DNA of 64,000 nucleotides from NCBI GenBank assembly GCA_004022145.1, contig RCNU01000015.1. One strand, given 5' to 3'. The translations under genes and the position numbers were made by a program. This DNA comes from Paecilomyces variotii (taxonomy: Eukaryota). This document shows, in pieces, positions 60,821 through 64,000 of the stretch. Below the pieces are notes generated by a model, which was given only the letters and a program-made list of their open reading frames with translations, was not told where the DNA came from and did no database searches. Numbering within the stretch: the stretch's first letter is position 1; each line of letters begins with the position of its first letter.

Positions 60821-62070
60821 TCACAACCCCGCCGCGCTATTATGCCTATACACATAATGCCACCCTTCACTATTAATATCCTGCCTAACCTTATAACAAC
60901 TCTCCGCAAGATCCAAAATCCCCAAATCCATATCCACTACAGAAACGCCCTCTTCACTTCCCATCTTCCCCACTGCGCCTACGAAAGGTAGAGAGACGCG
61001 TGACGTGCCCATGAACTTATTCGCGGGGCCCGCGGCGTTTGCGAAGATGATCGCGCAGGTATTTTCGAAACAGCGGGAAGTGAGGGTGGAGTCGATGAAG
61101 AGGACTTCTGTTTCGGGGTTCAGGGCTAGAGCCTCGGGGAGGGCGTCGTATTTCGTCCCTTGAGTAGGTATTGTGTTAGTAGGGGTGGATTGGAAGCCAA
61201 TTCTTAGAAGGGATGAAATATTGTATTTTCTCGAGAGACGATATTCATAGAAAACACGAGGGTGATAAAAAAATAAAATAAAATGGAGATGGGATTAAAC
61301 TTACAATAAGTCGGCACAATAATAACCTCCGCACCCTTAGCGATCAGTTCTCTAAAAGCCTCCGGAAACGCCAAATCCCAACAGATCAACAAGCCGACTT
61401 TTCCAATCGGCGTATCAATCACTTCATGCGGATCATGAGCCGATGAGCTCAGATGGTCTCGTTCGGGGATCCAGATATTCTTCTTGCGGTACGAGCCTAG
61501 GATTTGGCCATCATTGCCGATGAAGTGAGCCGTGTTGTACAGCCGTGCGGTTTCTTCACCATTGTTGTCAGATTTGACGATGTGGCGCTCGACCAGGGTG
61601 CCGGGGACGATGCAGATGTTGAGCTCTTTGGCTAGTGATTGGTAGGATTCGAGATATTTGAGATAGTCGTTTGCTAGAGTTACGTAGAGGGGATCTTCTG
61701 GGACCCAGCCGACGAGGTGGTATCTGTTATAGACATTAGCTTTGTGTAATTACTTTCAGCCGGTAGAAGAAATGGAAACAGTTAGATAAAAGATATAAGC
61801 AGGTCCTCCCTCCTGATTCTAAGAAGGATCATGATTAAATATTCTAGATGGTGAACATACTCTGGGAGCACAGCCAGTTCTGCACCTTGAGCAGCGGCCT
61901 GTCGTATATAATTACATGCTTTGACATGGTTCTCTTCAGGCGCAAGATCCTGCACCGCGAGTTAGTTAAGTTGTAAGTATGCAAAACATGCAAGATGAGA
62001 AGTATGCGGGCAATTCCGCACGGACCTTTATGTGCCATTGAATGACGGCCACCTTGTGAGTCGGGGCCAT
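60821..62070 (-). CDS. Carbon-nitrogen hydrolase (nitrilase superfamily), multi-exon
   Basis: Catalytic triad contexts LAVLPE/YHL, YRKKNIWIPER and GLLICWDLAFPEAFR; also SRCFENTCAIIFANA. Confidence 0.9.
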
Positions 62071-62761
62071 TTCGCAGGTAGTGTGTATCTTCGAAATTTC
62101 AACGCTTCCTCGGGGTGAAGGATACAAAAAAGTAGAAAAAAAATGTTCGCTGAGACGAGGCAATGTCACTGGAGTAGTCTAATCAAGGCTGAGATATCAG
62201 GAATATGACTAATTGATACATATGGAATTGAAAGCGATGATGATAGGAGGGGAAGAGGAGTGGTAATACCGTTACGTTAACCGTCCCATGTTTATCGTAC
62301 TGCACCCCGCTTTTACGAGCTGTTTATATTCATAGGAGGCCAAAGCATCGTATATATATATATATTCATAAATGCAAATCTAGACCCGTCCCAGAGTGCC
62401 AAAACTAAGAAATTGTGACTGTAGTTGTCTAGTAGTACTCAAGATTCTTCACAAAAATGACCTGTATAGAATAGCGAATCCTATAAAACAGAGCACTAAA
62501 TATGCTCACCGGTTAAGTATCGCGATGAAAGGTGACAACAAATGAACCGTCGAGTAACTAGTTACAAATGTCCCCACTCTGATTACATATGGTATTGCAA
62601 CTGCGCCCTAACTATGACATGGTTTCTATTTGCCGTACATCCAATTTTTCATCTATGGATGGACAAAAAAAAATCTATATTACAAGGTTTTCCTAGATAA
62701 TTAGGCACGGGTCACTCCAAATAGGATTTCCCAGGTCCATCGCACGAGTTGCAACGGCATA

Positions 62762-64000
62762 ATGTCGACTGTCACTCATACTACCGCTATCGAGCTTCAA
62801 CCCAACGGCATCGCTCTTGAAGAACGACAGACTCGACATGCCCATTCTGCTACTACAGACCAAGATGAAGTAATCCAAGCATCTCTCATCGCAGACTCTC
62901 AGGTTCCGGATGGAGGTTACGGCTGGGTCGTCATCTTCGGTTGCGCAGTGGTCACTTGGTGGTTTGTCGGCACATCTTATTGCTGGGGAGTGACACAGGC
63001 TGCTCTTGTCGAACGGGGACTGTCGTCTCCGTCGACACTGTCATTCGTGGGGTCACTGACTACCGCTTGTATATCGTTCCTTGCCGTCCTCAATGCGAGA
63101 GTCATTAGGAAATTGGGATCTAGGATCACAGCCCTTCTCGGGGTGTTGCTTGTGGGCCTTGGAGAGATTCTCAGCGGATTTGCTACGGAGAATATTGGCG
63201 GACTATTCATGACTTCTGGTGTCATTACGGGAATTGGAACCAGGTAAGAGACGTACTCTTAATATCCAAGTGTAAGATCCTTCTGACTGTCTTTCAGCCT
63301 ATGTTTTATGGTAAATCCACTACGATAACTAGATGATATCGACATGCGGAGAACTAATGCTTTCAGGTTGTCTCCGTGACGCCAGCTCAGTACTTCAAAA
63401 AGAAACGCGGAGTGGCCAATGGCATTGTTTACGCGGGCGGTGGACTTGGAGGAGCGGTCATCAGTTTTATCATGAATAGCCTGTTAACAAAACTCGGACC
63501 AGCCTGGGCATTTAGAGTCATTGGGTTCATTACACTAGGCACAGGCCTTCCTGCAGCTTATCTCATTAAGGAGCGCACCACCATTCGTCCAAGTGCCTTC
63601 ATTGAATGGTCTGTCTATCCCCTTCCGCTCGATGACGAAAATCTCTTTCTCACAACGCCTCAGGAGATTATTCCGGGATGTTCGGTTTGCAGTTCTCTTT
63701 GCTGCCGGGGCCGTTGCGACCTTTCCCCTCTTCGTCCCGCCGTTCTTCTTACCATTGTATGCCAACTCTCTCAAGTTGTCCTCCAGCATTGGGGCAGGTC
63801 TAGTCGCCGCTTTCAATTTCTCCTCTGCAATAGGACGGTTGATCTGTGGGTTCGGAAGCGACAGTGTTGGGCCGCTCAATACACTGTTTGTCTCCCTCCT
63901 GTTGAGTGCTATCAGCATGCTGGTTCTGTGGCCTGTATCAGAGTCACTTGGTCCTCTGGTCGCGTTTGTCATTATCAACGGTATGGCCAACGGTGGGTTT
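62762..64000 (+). CDS. MFS monocarboxylate-transporter-like (MCH) protein, truncated by the window end
   Basis: VPDGGYGWVVI, YCWGVTQAAL, PAQYFKKKRGVANGIVYAGGGLGG and FPLFVPPFFLPLY. Confidence 0.9.

Noticed and set aside
1-64000. tRNA, rRNA, CRISPR arrays or telomeric repeats
   Set aside because: None recognised by eye. The short repeats found have only 2-3 units without spacers. tRNAscan-SE or Infernal would be needed to exclude small RNAs.

Overview
Intron-containing fungal genomic DNA. A filamentous ascomycete, probably Eurotiales, is inferred from the gene content and the short GT-AG introns with CTAAC-type branch sites. Conserved housekeeping genes are glycogen synthase, NMT1/THI5 with an intronic TPP riboswitch, WDR26/GID7, FAL1, PRP9, an ATP-dependent DNA ligase-like gene, CDC23, ERG20, an auxin-efflux-family carrier, VMA1, VPS1, a nitrilase-family gene and an MFS transporter. 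Two accessory tracts interrupt them. Tract 1 (~5.5-20 kb) holds a TA-flanked MITE, an HNH nuclease gene, a catalase plus a heme-less sulfite-oxidase-family gene, and a frameshifted hypothetical gene. Tract 2 (~39-54 kb) holds the intact paralog of that hypothetical gene, a GFA pseudogene, a 64-aa microprotein gene, a secreted RNase T1/ribotoxin-like gene and a MACPF pore-forming gene with a single nonsense codon. The strongest leads are the RNase + MACPF (+ microprotein) putative toxin neighbourhood, a ~1 kb AUG-free leader with a 161-codon in-frame extension on WDR26 suggesting non-AUG initiation, a Pro-rich in-frame N-terminal extension of VMA1, and the sulfite oxidase-catalase pair. Gene models were built by eye and no database searches were run.
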